Positions 29,833 to 38,487 of a DNA stretch of 64,000 nt are shown one piece after another. Below the pieces are notes generated by a model. The model saw only the letters and a program-made list of their open reading frames with translations. It did no database searches and was not told where the DNA came from. A program made the translations under genes and the position numbers. Every line of letters starts with the position of its first letter. Position 1 is the stretch's first letter. Source of the DNA: a virus (taxonomy: Duplodnaviria > Caudoviricetes); IMG/VR virus record IMGVR_UViG_3300020036_003099, positions 1-64,000 of that record; one strand, written 5' to 3'.

Positions 29833-30780
29833 GTGTACCAAATACCCATGATGACCAAAATTCCTTACCTTTTAACCAACAAAGGTTTAACCCTCGTAAT
29901 CGAAGGTAGGCCACACAACGTATCTTCCGACAACAAACGTTTTAACGACATCATAGATGTCTTGAGAGAGCGTGACTACGAAGAAGCCAAAAGACTGGTT
30001 GATCTAGCTTCACAAGTTGTTGCCAAATCCAAAGGTAGAATCACGATTAAAGACGGTGTTGTCTACGGCTCTAACGGCCAAGCCATCCACAACGCCTTGA
30101 CTTCCCGTATGCTTCAAATGCTGGAGCTGGGCCTTGAAGTAGACCCCCTAATGCTCTTCATGGAACGCTTAGAGAAAAACCCTTCGTTTCGTTCAAGGGA
30201 ACAACTCTTTGAGTTCCTGGAAGCTTGCGACCTACCTATCCTAGAAGATGGGCGGTTCCTGGCCTATCGCTCTGTTAAATCAGACTACTGGGACAAACAC
30301 ACAGGACGCTCTGCTTATTCCAAACCTTACAAAGACATGGACTTCTACGAGCGGGCTAAACTACCCCTTACACGCGGTAACGTGACAAGCGCTATCATTA
30401 ACTTTGAAACTGTTGTCTCCATGGAGCGTACTGCTGTGGACGACGACCCTAATCGTACTTGCTCACACGGCCTCCATGTGTGCTCCCAAGGCTACGGTAT
30501 GTACGGTGATCTTCTTTTGCACGTGGCTGTAGATCCTGCGGACGTTGTGTCTGTTCCTACGGATTATAACAACGCCAAAATGCGCGTCTGTAAATACGCA
30601 GTCCTAGAAGAGGCCCCACAAAACGCTTTTAAAACCTGGGATGTCCCCGTTTATACTTACAACGAGTACGTTGAAGACTTCTTTGGTGACGACGATACCG
30701 CTGAAGACTTCTACGGAGATGAGGCCCCCGACAATACCGACTTCAAAGCCAAACTTCAGGCTTGGTTAGATTCCCAGTAA
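29833..30780 (+). CDS. rIIB: RIIB-like protein
   Basis: FMERLEKNPSFRSREQLFEFL..LPILEDGRFLAYRSV, CSHGLHVCS, DVVSVPTDYNNAKMRVCKY. Confidence 0.85.
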   Translation: MYQIPMMTKIPYLLTNKGLTLVIEGRPHNVSSDNKRFNDIIDVLRERDYEEAKRLVDLASQVVAKSKGRITIKDGVVYGSNGQAIHNALTSRMLQMLELGLEVDPLMLFMERLEKNPSFRSREQLFEFLEACDLPILEDGRFLAYRSVKSDYWDKHTGRSAYSKPYKDMDFYERAKLPLTRGNVTSAIINFETVVSMERTAVDDDPNRTCSHGLHVCSQGYGMYGDLLLHVAVDPADVVSVPTDYNNAKMRVCKYAVLEEAPQNAFKTWDVPVYTYNEYVEDFFGDDDTAEDFYGDEAPDNTDFKAKLQAWLDSQ

Positions 30781-30790
30781 GGTTACTCTT

Positions 30791-31180
30791 TTGCCTATAC
30801 GATCAGCTGACTTTGTTTACAAAATATGGGACAAACAGAAAAAGAAGTACTGTGCGTCCACCAACCAAAGCGGGGAACACATGAACAACATGTGGACCTC
30901 GGTTGGCGCGGTAAAAAACCTTACCACCAAATGGTATCGGTGGTACTGTGAGTGGTACGTCAAAGAGTGCGACAGGTACATGCAAGGTTTAACCAAGCAG
31001 CACCCAGGAGACTTTGCAGCTACCAAAGGGGACAAATATGACGTTCACAGGTTTAAGTTAACCCACAAACTGGTTATTCCTTGGGATGCCAACGGTGTTC
31101 TCGATCCGCCTCCCGACGAAAGAAAGATGAGACGGAAAAGGAATGTCACAAAAACAAAGAAAAAAGCCACCAGGTTCTAG
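30791..31180 (+). CDS. Hypothetical protein
   Basis: ORF in plus-strand operon. Confidence 0.5.
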   Translation: MPIRSADFVYKIWDKQKKKYCASTNQSGEHMNNMWTSVGAVKNLTTKWYRWYCEWYVKECDRYMQGLTKQHPGDFAATKGDKYDVHRFKLTHKLVIPWDANGVLDPPPDERKMRRKRNVTKTKKKATRF

Positions 31181-31397
31181 CGAACATTCAAAATATTCCT
31201 GGAAAGCCAATAAAAACTATACAGCTTGTATCTTCTTTGAGAACGAAGAGCTGGATGATTTCACCAAAACCCGACGAATAACCAAACGAAGGGATATTGC
31301 TATAGAGAAACTGGCTGATAGATTTATGGACGAATTAGAGTCTCACTTAGAAGAATTACCTGTGGATATCTATTTTAACTTGAAAGGTTTAAAATGA
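31143..31397 (+). CDS. Hypothetical protein
   Basis: Overlapping operon ORF. Confidence 0.5.
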   Translation: MSQKQRKKPPGSSEHSKYSWKANKNYTACIFFENEELDDFTKTRRITKRRDIAIEKLADRFMDELESHLEELPVDIYFNLKGLK

Positions 31398-31669
31398 CAG
31401 ATCTAGAATTACAAGACAAACTTTATGCGTTGGTTAACAATCACCTTCAAACCAACAGCCCTGAAGCCCCTAGAGAAAGCGTCTTTGCCCTTTTTGCGGT
31501 TGTCATCCGACACTGTTCTTTACTATCTCTTTTTGGTACCGACGAAACTATCTTAGCGGCTATTTTTGATGAATCTAAAAAAGAGTTCCTGCGTATCACT
31601 GCCGAAGCCAAACGACAATTCACAGATTTAATAGAAGGAGAAACAGATGAAAATAAAACGACACACTAG
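31394..31669 (+). CDS. Hypothetical protein
   Basis: ATGA-coupled ORF. Confidence 0.6.
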   Translation: MTDLELQDKLYALVNNHLQTNSPEAPRESVFALFAVVIRHCSLLSLFGTDETILAAIFDESKKEFLRITAEAKRQFTDLIEGETDENKTTH

Positions 31670-31955
31670 CGGCAACGTTATTCATGCTCCGTTTGCCTTT
31701 CTAGATAACGAAAGTTTGATCCGGTATTATCGTGAGCGTATGGAAGAGCTGGCACTACTCCCCGAAGCGGGACCACCAGACAGCGCCTTAAACTACACGC
31801 TGGACTGGTTAGAGCGGGAAATAGACGACAGGTATAACACGCAACGCCTGACTTCTTTTGACATATATCGCCTGGGACAAACAACAATAAACAAAGCTGA
31901 AAAAAGTTCCAAAAAAATAAATTTAGGTGTTGACGAAGGACCCTCAGCGGCGTAG
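31647..31955 (+). CDS. Hypothetical protein ending in AA
   Basis: AAGGAG RBS; 3' end overlaps the promoter of the RNA array. Confidence 0.6.
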   Translation: MKIKRHTSGNVIHAPFAFLDNESLIRYYRERMEELALLPEAGPPDSALNYTLDWLEREIDDRYNTQRLTSFDIYRLGQTTINKAEKSSKKINLGVDEGPSAA

Positions 31956-31958
31956 AAA
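31930..31958 (+). promoter_or_regulatory. sigma70 promoter for ncRNA array and TROVE-like gene
   Basis: TTGACG(31930-35)-17 nt-TAGAAA(31953-58). Confidence 0.7.
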
Positions 31959-31968
31959 TAAACCTAAC

Positions 31969-32030
31969 GATTGACTGCAGCAAACAACCGCCGAAAGGCA
32001 CTTGCATCAGGAGCAAACCAAAGTTCAATC
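31969..32030 (+). ncRNA. Y-RNA-like unit 1 (Leu-CAG-like anticodon loop)
   Basis: GATTGA/TCAATC closing stem, CTGCAGCAAAC motif, GCC-GAAA-GGC hairpin, TTGC-ATCAGGA-GCAA stem-loop. Confidence 0.6.
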
Positions 32031-32053
32031 CGTATCTAAAAGATTCAAATTAA

Positions 32054-32112
32054 GGGTTCTCTACAGCAAACTAAATAATTTTCACTTTCAATGAAAACCA
32101 AAAGTAGAACCT
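32054..32112 (+). ncRNA. Y-RNA-like unit 2 (Glu-UUC anticodon stem-loop)
   Basis: Bulged GGTT-CT-CTAC/GTAG-AACC stem, CTACAGCAAAC motif, TTTTCA-CTTTCAA-TGAAAA with canonical CU-UUC-AA loop. Confidence 0.7.
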
Positions 32113-32146
32113 GTCACCTATCTGGTAAAAAGTACACTATACCTAA

Positions 32147-32295
32147 ATATTTGAAACGCTAAAGGGCTAGTTCCAGCATATAATTTGCTCTTGTAAAGCA
32201 GAGGTTGTTGGTTCGAGTCCAACCAGAGGGCGAAAGCCTGATGTAGCTCAATTGGTCGAGCGCTAAAAAAACTAGCCCGTTAGGGTTTCAAATAT
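32147..32295 (+). ncRNA. Y-RNA-like unit 3: circularly permuted tRNA-Thr(UGU) mimic
   Basis: ATATTTGAAAC/GTTTCAAATAT and GGGCTAGTT/AACTAGCCC stems enclose anticodon arm (CTTGTAA), T-arm (GTTGG-TTCGAGT-CCAAC), GAAA-capped acceptor-like stem, then D-arm (GCTC-AATTGGTC-GAGC). Confidence 0.8.
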
Positions 32296-32299
32296 AAAA

Positions 32300-32444
32300 C
32301 GTATGTCTACAGCAACGGCCCTTTTCCTTTTGGAAAAGACGCCAACTAATTTCCTCGCCTGAGGATGTAGCTCAGCTGGTTAGAGCGCCTGGTCAAAAGC
32401 TTGGAGGACGTTGGTTCGAATCCAACCATTAAAACAACATACCG
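32300..32444 (+). ncRNA. Y-RNA-like unit 4 with embedded tRNA core (D- and T-arms, truncated acceptor, no CCA)
   Basis: GTATGT/ACATAC closing stem, CTACAGCAAC motif, CTTTTCC-TTTT-GGAAAAG hairpin, TAGCTCAGCTGGTTAGAGC D-arm, GTTGG-TTCGAAT-CCAAC T-arm. Confidence 0.7.
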
Positions 32445-32479
32445 TATATTACCTAACAAATTAAAAAAGGGGACCAATT

Positions 32480-33937
32480 ATGACGAACTCACCTATCTTC
32501 AAAAACGCAATCAGAAACACACCAGTTAAAGCTTTAACAGCCAACGGCGCTATCACAAACGCGTCTTCTTTGGACCCCTTGGTAGACCTCTTCTTTGTTA
32601 TCGGCTCTGCTAGAAACATGTCCGATGCACAACTCTTCCCTATGTTTGAAAAGGCTCTCGCAGAGGACAAGGTTAACACCCTTAAGATGCTCTTTTGGGC
32701 CCGTGACATACGTGGCGGCTCAGGTGAAAGAAAAACCTTTGTCAGGCTTTTCAACTATCTATATAAGCATTACGACTACGAAATGGATGCTATTAGCTTA
32801 ATCGGTCTTATCCCCACGTTCGGTAGATTTAAAGATCTTATTGAGTCTTTGCCCCCTGAGGTCGCCGCTGCGTTCCTCTTAAAAGGTATCTCTGCGAAGA
32901 ACGGCTTGGCTGCTAAATGGTCCCCGCGTAAAGGTCCTGTGTTCAACGACATGAGAAAGATCCTTAATGTTACCCCTAAAGCCCTCCGTAAAGCCCTTGT
33001 GGAGCTCACCAAGGTGGTTGAAACACAAATGTGTGCGAAACAGTGGGATCAGATTATCTTTGACCACGTGCCTTCTGTGGCTGCTGCTAGATACCAAAAG
33101 GCTTTCTCGAAGCACCAGCCCGAGCGCTACAAAGCCTACAGGGATGCCCTTAACTCCAAAGACCCTGCTGTAAAGGCTACCGCTAAGATCAACGCTAGCG
33201 CTATCTTTCCCCACGATGTCCTTAAAAGTCTTCATTTGGGTGATGCAGGGGTTGCTACGGCTCAATGGGAAGCTTTACCCGATTACCTAGGGGACAACAA
33301 GATCATCCCTGTTTGTGACGTATCCGGCTCCATGACTTGCCAAGTTGGTGGTAACCCTAATCTGCGGTGTATCGATATTTGCGTCTCTTTAGGTCTCTAC
33401 ATAGCCGATAAGCAAAAGGGAGCCTTTAAAGACATTTTCTGCACGTTCTCTTCGAAACCTTCTTTGGAGGTTCTTAAGGGCAACATCGCGCAAAAAGTAC
33501 GTCAACTAAACGCCGCCCACTGGGAGATGTCCACCAACGTCGAAGGAGCCTTTAGAGCTATCCTTAAAATGGCTGTGGAGAACAAGGTACCTGCCTCGGA
33601 CATGCCTAAAATGCTGCTAATCTTCTCAGATATGGAGTTTAACCCCTCAACAGTGTCTGGATTGACCAATCAGCAAGTCGCTGAAGGATACTTCAAGGCT
33701 GCTGGATACAAATTACCTAAAATTGTTTACTGGAATCTAAACGCTAGACCAGGCAACAACCCCGTAACGATCCGCGAAGATGGTGTTTGTCTGGTCTCAG
33801 GGTTTTCCCCTTCGATCCTTAAAGCTATCCTGGCTGGTTCTGAAGCCATAGAAGACGACTTTTCACCTAGGGCTATCATGATGAAAACCCTTAATGACCC
33901 GCGTTACGCGGTGGTGGAGGAACTCTTGAAAAAATGA
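32480..33937 (+). CDS. TROVE/Ro60-like protein with C-terminal vWA domain (DUF2828-type)
   Basis: ARDIRGGSGER, FGRFKDL, LAAKWSPRK, HVPSVA, QWEALP; MIDAS CDVSGSM, STN, IFSDMEF, IVYWNL, VSGFSPS. Confidence 0.85.
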   Translation: MTNSPIFKNAIRNTPVKALTANGAITNASSLDPLVDLFFVIGSARNMSDAQLFPMFEKALAEDKVNTLKMLFWARDIRGGSGERKTFVRLFNYLYKHYDYEMDAISLIGLIPTFGRFKDLIESLPPEVAAAFLLKGISAKNGLAAKWSPRKGPVFNDMRKILNVTPKALRKALVELTKVVETQMCAKQWDQIIFDHVPSVAAARYQKAFSKHQPERYKAYRDALNSKDPAVKATAKINASAIFPHDVLKSLHLGDAGVATAQWEALPDYLGDNKIIPVCDVSGSMTCQVGGNPNLRCIDICVSLGLYIADKQKGAFKDIFCTFSSKPSLEVLKGNIAQKVRQLNAAHWEMSTNVEGAFRAILKMAVENKVPASDMPKMLLIFSDMEFNPSTVSGLTNQQVAEGYFKAAGYKLPKIVYWNLNARPGNNPVTIREDGVCLVSGFSPSILKAILAGSEAIEDDFSPRAIMMKTLNDPRYAVVEELLKK

Positions 33938-34017
33938 AATCTACTCAAAACTAAACCACACTACAAACGATAAAAACTAAAAAAATCAAGTCTAAGTAAA
34001 AGAGAACTTAGGCGTAC

Positions 34018-34350
34018 ATGTACGTGCGGAATTTTCGCGTAATGACAAGTATTAAAGTCTACAACCATAAAATCCGTCTAGAAGATAACGGAGCCTTTAA
34101 ATACGAAAGGGAAACAATCGAATCCAACGCCCTCTTTTTGGAAGAGACCTTAGAAAAACTTCTTTTGGCAGAGAAGCGTTGGCAGTATAAAAGATACACC
34201 AAAAAAGGTAAAACCTCTGAAGCTGATATCTTGGCTTTCAAAGCAGCTGACGAGAAACTAAGGGATATCCAAAGGGGTATCAACGAAGTAAACGAAAAGG
34301 CCAACATTATCTGGAAAGATATTGCAGCTGGTAAAAGATTGGAAACTTAA
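34018..34350 (+). CDS. Hypothetical coiled-coil protein
   Basis: Operon ORF. Confidence 0.55.
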   Translation: MYVRNFRVMTSIKVYNHKIRLEDNGAFKYERETIESNALFLEETLEKLLLAEKRWQYKRYTKKGKTSEADILAFKAADEKLRDIQRGINEVNEKANIIWKDIAAGKRLET

Positions 34351-34351
34351 A

Positions 34352-34609
34352 ATGGGAGTAAACACCTTGAACACAGAAAACCTACCTAACACTGCGGACG
34401 CTATCATAAAAAAGCTTTTGGTTGATTTGCGTGAAATGGAATCTCTCAACGAGAAGCTGCGCTGGCGGTGTAAAAATCAAAAGCGTGAAATCCGTAACTT
34501 GAACAAAACTGTTTTGGCTCAGAAATACCTAGTGCTAACCGCACAGTCTGACGCTAAAGAAGCTTCTGTTGAAAAACTGAAAGGTTTACGTAGTTTAGTT
34601 AAAGGATAG
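34352..34609 (+). CDS. Hypothetical coiled-coil protein
   Basis: ATG 34352 right after upstream stop. Confidence 0.55.
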   Translation: MGVNTLNTENLPNTADAIIKKLLVDLREMESLNEKLRWRCKNQKREIRNLNKTVLAQKYLVLTAQSDAKEASVEKLKGLRSLVKG

Positions 34610-34611
34610 AA

Positions 34612-34806
34612 GTGACACCAGAGTTTACTGCCCTATTGACTTTTAAAGCTGCTCTTATAAAGTTGAAATGGGAATGGCGAAAAAAGTTTGAACATCTTTT
34701 TACTGAGTATTTAGAAGACACTGTTAAAGAAGCACAACAAGACGTGGATGATCGAATAGCAACCCTAAAGGAAACCTTAAGCGATGGAAACGAAAACGAT
34801 ACTTAA
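34612..34806 (+). CDS. Hypothetical protein
   Basis: AAGGA RBS, GTG start. Confidence 0.5.
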   Translation: MTPEFTALLTFKAALIKLKWEWRKKFEHLFTEYLEDTVKEAQQDVDDRIATLKETLSDGNENDT

Positions 34807-34966
34807 AGAAGTCTACTCTAAAACTATTCACAATTTATTTTGGGTAGGTGTGGGAATTCTCTTGACTATATTCGTGTTACCAAGTAAAACATTTCCACCA
34901 CTAGACGAAAGACTAGAGCTGTCCTGGAATAAAGACGGTTCGCCTAACAAAAACCCAGTTAACTAA
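34784..34966 (+). CDS. Small membrane protein
   Basis: One hydrophobic segment LFWVGVGILLTIFVL. Confidence 0.5.
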   Translation: METKTILKEVYSKTIHNLFWVGVGILLTIFVLPSKTFPPLDERLELSWNKDGSPNKNPVN

Positions 34967-34980
34967 AAAGGAAATAAATA

Positions 34981-35601
34981 ATGAACAACCCACAATACGC
35001 ACACAAAAACGTTATCACTGTTGACCAAGCAAAAGAATACGATCACTACATTTTGATTGATCAATCCGGTTCCATGGGTTCGCCCTCAACTAAAATGCAA
35101 GGCAAATCCCGCTGGCAAGAAGCCCAAGAGTTCACAGAAGGCTACGCTCGTTTTGCCGAACAAGTTGACGATGATGGTTTGACGGTTATCACCTTTAACT
35201 CTTCTTGTAAGGTTTACGATGGTGTCAAAGCTGATAAAGTAACGTCTATCTTCGCAAACTCCCCTATGGGTTCCACCAACTTGGCGGCTGCTTTGGAAGC
35301 GGCTTTCAAGAAGAAGTTTTCTGGGTCTAAAAAAGCAATCATGATGGTTTTGACGGATGGCTCACCTGATGACCGTCAAGCCGTTATCCAGTCCATTGAA
35401 CGGGCCTCTAACAAACTTGACCGAGACGAAGAGCTGGCTATTCAGTTTATTCAAATTGGCGATGATTCAGGCGCTAAGCAATTCCTGGCAAAACTTGATG
35501 ACGACCTAAAAGGCAAGTTTGACATTGTTAACTCTTTGACGCGTGAAGAAGCCGAGAGCCTGACGATTGAAGAACTTCTCTGGCAAGCTCTCAACGATTA
35601 G
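34981..35601 (+). CDS. vWA domain protein (Ter-associated type)
   Basis: MIDAS motifs IDQSGSM, STNLAAAL, VLTDG; IQFIQIGDD. Confidence 0.85.
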   Translation: MNNPQYAHKNVITVDQAKEYDHYILIDQSGSMGSPSTKMQGKSRWQEAQEFTEGYARFAEQVDDDGLTVITFNSSCKVYDGVKADKVTSIFANSPMGSTNLAAALEAAFKKKFSGSKKAIMMVLTDGSPDDRQAVIQSIERASNKLDRDEELAIQFIQIGDDSGAKQFLAKLDDDLKGKFDIVNSLTREEAESLTIEELLWQALND

Positions 35602-35715
35602 TCGTTTCTAAGATTCCGCTAACACCGGAAAAGCTAAGGGTACCGGACAAGAGTACCCAGCGGGTCCTGCTAAAGTGCCAACTGTTACTTTCACAACTAA
35701 AAAGGAGATTAAACT

Positions 35716-36312
35716 ATGAATAACCCCGCTCAAGCAGCTGCCCCTTTGACTTTCGACATTGTACCCAAAGGCGTAACTGTAGAAGTTAAAGACAAAGCCG
35801 GTCAAACTTTCTCTAAACTGTACGTAGGTGCAGGTTGGGATATGGCTGGATCTGCCTCTGTAGACCTTGACCTTGTTGGTGCTTGCCTCGTGAACGGTAA
35901 ACTGACAGCTCAAACACGTTTGGTTTACTTTGGTGATAAAACAGAGCCAGGTGTTACGTTGTCTGCTGATAACACAACAGGAGCCGGTGACGGTGACGAT
36001 GAATCCATGGTTATCGATCTGGATAAAGTTGAAGCTGAAATCACGTCTATTGCCATCGGTATCATTGCCTACGCTGGCGCTGATATTTCAACGGCTAAGA
36101 ACGTTCACTTTAGAGTTTGCAACGGCTCTACCACAAGTGATCCACAAGTTTTCGATGTACCTATGAACCAAGCAACTGCAGGTGACACCGTGCTTCACGC
36201 GGCTAACCTTGTCAGAGGCGCTGGTGGCTGGTCTATCGAGAATGTCTCCAGTTTCTATCAAAAAGGTAACGGGACAGCTGCGGTACAAGGTTTTGCGGGA
36301 CTATTCGCATAA
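35716..36312 (+). CDS. terD: TerD-family stress protein
   Basis: VGAGWD, DLDLVGACL, VYFG, LSADNTTGAGDGDDESMVIDL motifs. Confidence 0.85.
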   Translation: MNNPAQAAAPLTFDIVPKGVTVEVKDKAGQTFSKLYVGAGWDMAGSASVDLDLVGACLVNGKLTAQTRLVYFGDKTEPGVTLSADNTTGAGDGDDESMVIDLDKVEAEITSIAIGIIAYAGADISTAKNVHFRVCNGSTTSDPQVFDVPMNQATAGDTVLHAANLVRGAGGWSIENVSSFYQKGNGTAAVQGFAGLFA

Positions 36313-36431
36313 CAAAGTATGGTGTGTGTCTAGACGTTGATCGAGAGCAACCTTTCACGGTTTCTATCTCTCCAGATTGTTTGTGAGAGGTTGCTTATGG
36401 GTCAATTAAAACGTAAAAAGGAAAATATAGA

Positions 36432-36641
36432 ATGAACTGGTTAAAGAAACAACTGACTGAAGTCTCTGCTTGGATCTGCTTTATCATCATCGTAACCGCA
36501 CTGGTAGCGCGTACAGATCTCCCTGTGATCGTTGTTTGTTTGGTGGGTATTTGGTTAGACGAAGGTTGGATTAAACAACAGATTGATAGTTACGCGCCTA
36601 GCTTGGGTAGGTGGTTGGATGATGTGGCTAAGGGTCTGTAG
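36432..36641 (+). CDS. Small two-TM membrane protein
   Basis: Two hydrophobic segments; AAGGA RBS. Confidence 0.6.
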   Translation: MNWLKKQLTEVSAWICFIIIVTALVARTDLPVIVVCLVGIWLDEGWIKQQIDSYAPSLGRWLDDVAKGL

Positions 36642-36644
36642 GCT

Positions 36645-36854
36645 ATGAATCACCCTTACGTTTATATCGTCGTTGCGGTGGTTTTACTTGCCTTGGGTGC
36701 CTACGGGACTTTCTCCCTGGGTTCCGGTGGGTTTAAGCGCCTCACGACAATCTCAGGGGTTTACACCGTGGAGAACCCAGGTAACTTCCCCGTGGTTTGT
36801 TTCGTGGAGAAATCCTCGGGATCTATGCAATGTCTCACACGCAAGAGCATGTGA
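36645..36854 (+). CDS. Small membrane-anchored protein
   Basis: N-terminal TM; C-terminal CFVE....MQC. Confidence 0.55.
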   Translation: MNHPYVYIVVAVVLLALGAYGTFSLGSGGFKRLTTISGVYTVENPGNFPVVCFVEKSSGSMQCLTRKSM

Positions 36855-36892
36855 CGCCTACCCATAAGGGTACGTAAAAAGGGTTGAAGAGA

Positions 36893-37438
36893 ATGTCAGA
36901 TAAACTGAAATTGTTAAAAAACCAAATAAAAGATCTATACAAAGCTTTAGCGGTTGCTGAAAAAGCTGTCGTTGAAGAAGAGGATAAAATCCTTAAAGAG
37001 ACTCGAGAGATTAACAGTGAGAAAGCCAAAGTTTTCAACGAAAGCAAACGCAGTTTTATCTTTTACAAAAAAGTTTACAAGAACTCTAAAGAAAAAGACA
37101 CTCTCAGGTACGGAGAAACCACAGCTATCGTTAAGTTGAAGGTACCAGCAGGTGCTTTGCGCTCCATGAACCCGGATCTTTGGCATAAAAACTGGGGTGT
37201 TTTTCCTTTTAATGCGGCTAAATTACGCGTAAACGAGGCTGAAGTTTTGGAAATTTGGGAAACTGAAAATCCCGACAAAAAACTAAATAAAGGCTACTCT
37301 ATGCGAGACAGATCCTTTGTTTATCAAGTTGGGAAAACTGTAAAGCCTGTGGACACCTTTGACACAAACCACAAGAACGACTGCTCAAGTGGCATACACG
37401 GGTACTTGTCAAAAAAAGCTGCACAAAACCACTTTTAA
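36893..37438 (+). CDS. Hypothetical protein (DUF5758-like C-terminal domain)
   Basis: IVKLKVPAGA, KLRVNEAEVLEI, FVYQVGKTV, CSSGIHGYL. Confidence 0.65.
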   Translation: MSDKLKLLKNQIKDLYKALAVAEKAVVEEEDKILKETREINSEKAKVFNESKRSFIFYKKVYKNSKEKDTLRYGETTAIVKLKVPAGALRSMNPDLWHKNWGVFPFNAAKLRVNEAEVLEIWETENPDKKLNKGYSMRDRSFVYQVGKTVKPVDTFDTNHKNDCSSGIHGYLSKKAAQNHF

Positions 37439-37599
37439 ACTGTAAATAAGGATTTATATTCATGCACCATTTAGACCACCAAACAATCGTTTTACTGGGT
37501 GTTGTTATCCCAGCCATCATTTTTTTCGTAGCTGCCTTCTTTTTACTAGACACTAAAAAAGATAAACACTAAGCTCAACCAACAAAAGGATTTTTAACC

Positions 37600-38487
37600 A
37601 TGTCGAACTTCAAGCCGTTAATCAAAATCAACGATGAGGTTATCCAATATAAAACCTGGAGGTTCCCTAGCGGGGAACTGGGGTTGGAGTTGGAACAAGA
37701 CTACGATTTCAGGGGTGACATGCACTGGTACGCCGAAATTGTCACCAGTGAAGACCTGTTTATTCTGGAGTTGATCAGGACCATTATACCGACTGACGTA
37801 AAATCAGTCCAATCTCTGCGCTTACCTTATCTCCCACACGGTAGACAGGATCGTAATACTACACCTAGAGCACCGTTCTCTCTAGACATCATTACTGACA
37901 GGCTCCAACGTTTGTATTTTGATCAGATAATTTTGACAACACCACACAGCAATGTTTCTGAATTGTCAATCACACACCCTGTCTCGGTCATCGTGCTAGA
38001 TGTAGAAGAATGGGTCGCAGAACAGCTGTGCGATTTTAGCGGTAATGAAATAACCAACCAAACTTTGTTTGTAGCTCCTGATGCTGGCGCTGAGAAGCGT
38101 GTGTACGCTATGGCTAAACACTGCGGGGTACCAAATGTGATGACCTGTTTTAAGAAGAGAGATCCTGCTACAGGGGAAATTAAAGGTCTTTACGTCCCTG
38201 ATGACTTTGAATACTTTGGTAAGCACGTAGTCGTGATCGATGACATCTGTGATGGCGGAGCTACCTTCATTCATCTGGCAGAAGCCCTGAAGAAAAAGGG
38301 AATAGTGAGCGAAGCGAACGATAAGTCGTTATCTTTATTCGTGACCCACGGGATCTTCTCGAACGGTGCCAGGGATAAGCTTAAAGCTGCGGGTTATGAT
38401 CGCGTGGAAGCTAGATACACGTTTATAGAGCAGAGGTTGGCTGCGTTGAGCGTAGCGAATGAAGAAAGGTTGAAGAACAATGGATAA
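37600..38487 (+). CDS. Ribose-phosphate pyrophosphokinase family protein (probable Adps of NARP1)
   Basis: FPSGE, PYLPHGRQDR, VAPDAGAEKR, KKRDPATGEI, VIDDICDGGATF, VTHGIFS. Confidence 0.9.
   Translation: MSNFKPLIKINDEVIQYKTWRFPSGELGLELEQDYDFRGDMHWYAEIVTSEDLFILELIRTIIPTDVKSVQSLRLPYLPHGRQDRNTTPRAPFSLDIITDRLQRLYFDQIILTTPHSNVSELSITHPVSVIVLDVEEWVAEQLCDFSGNEITNQTLFVAPDAGAEKRVYAMAKHCGVPNVMTCFKKRDPATGEIKGLYVPDDFEYFGKHVVVIDDICDGGATFIHLAEALKKKGIVSEANDKSLSLFVTHGIFSNGARDKLKAAGYDRVEARYTFIEQRLAALSVANEERLKNNG

Noticed and set aside
32361-32433. Functional tRNA gene in unit 4
   Set aside because: Only 4 bp of acceptor stem, no CCA, mismatched anticodon stem and non-canonical loop; treated as a mimic
31969-32444. 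CRISPR array interpretation of the repeated CAGCA units
   Set aside because: The shared motif is only ~7-11 nt, units vary from 59 to 149 nt and fold as closed stems, and no cas genes are present
35602-35715. Twister ribozyme or cobalamin/c-di-GMP riboswitch upstream of terD
   Set aside because: Only fragments match (TAACAC, GGTCC, AACTGT); essential conserved segments are missing
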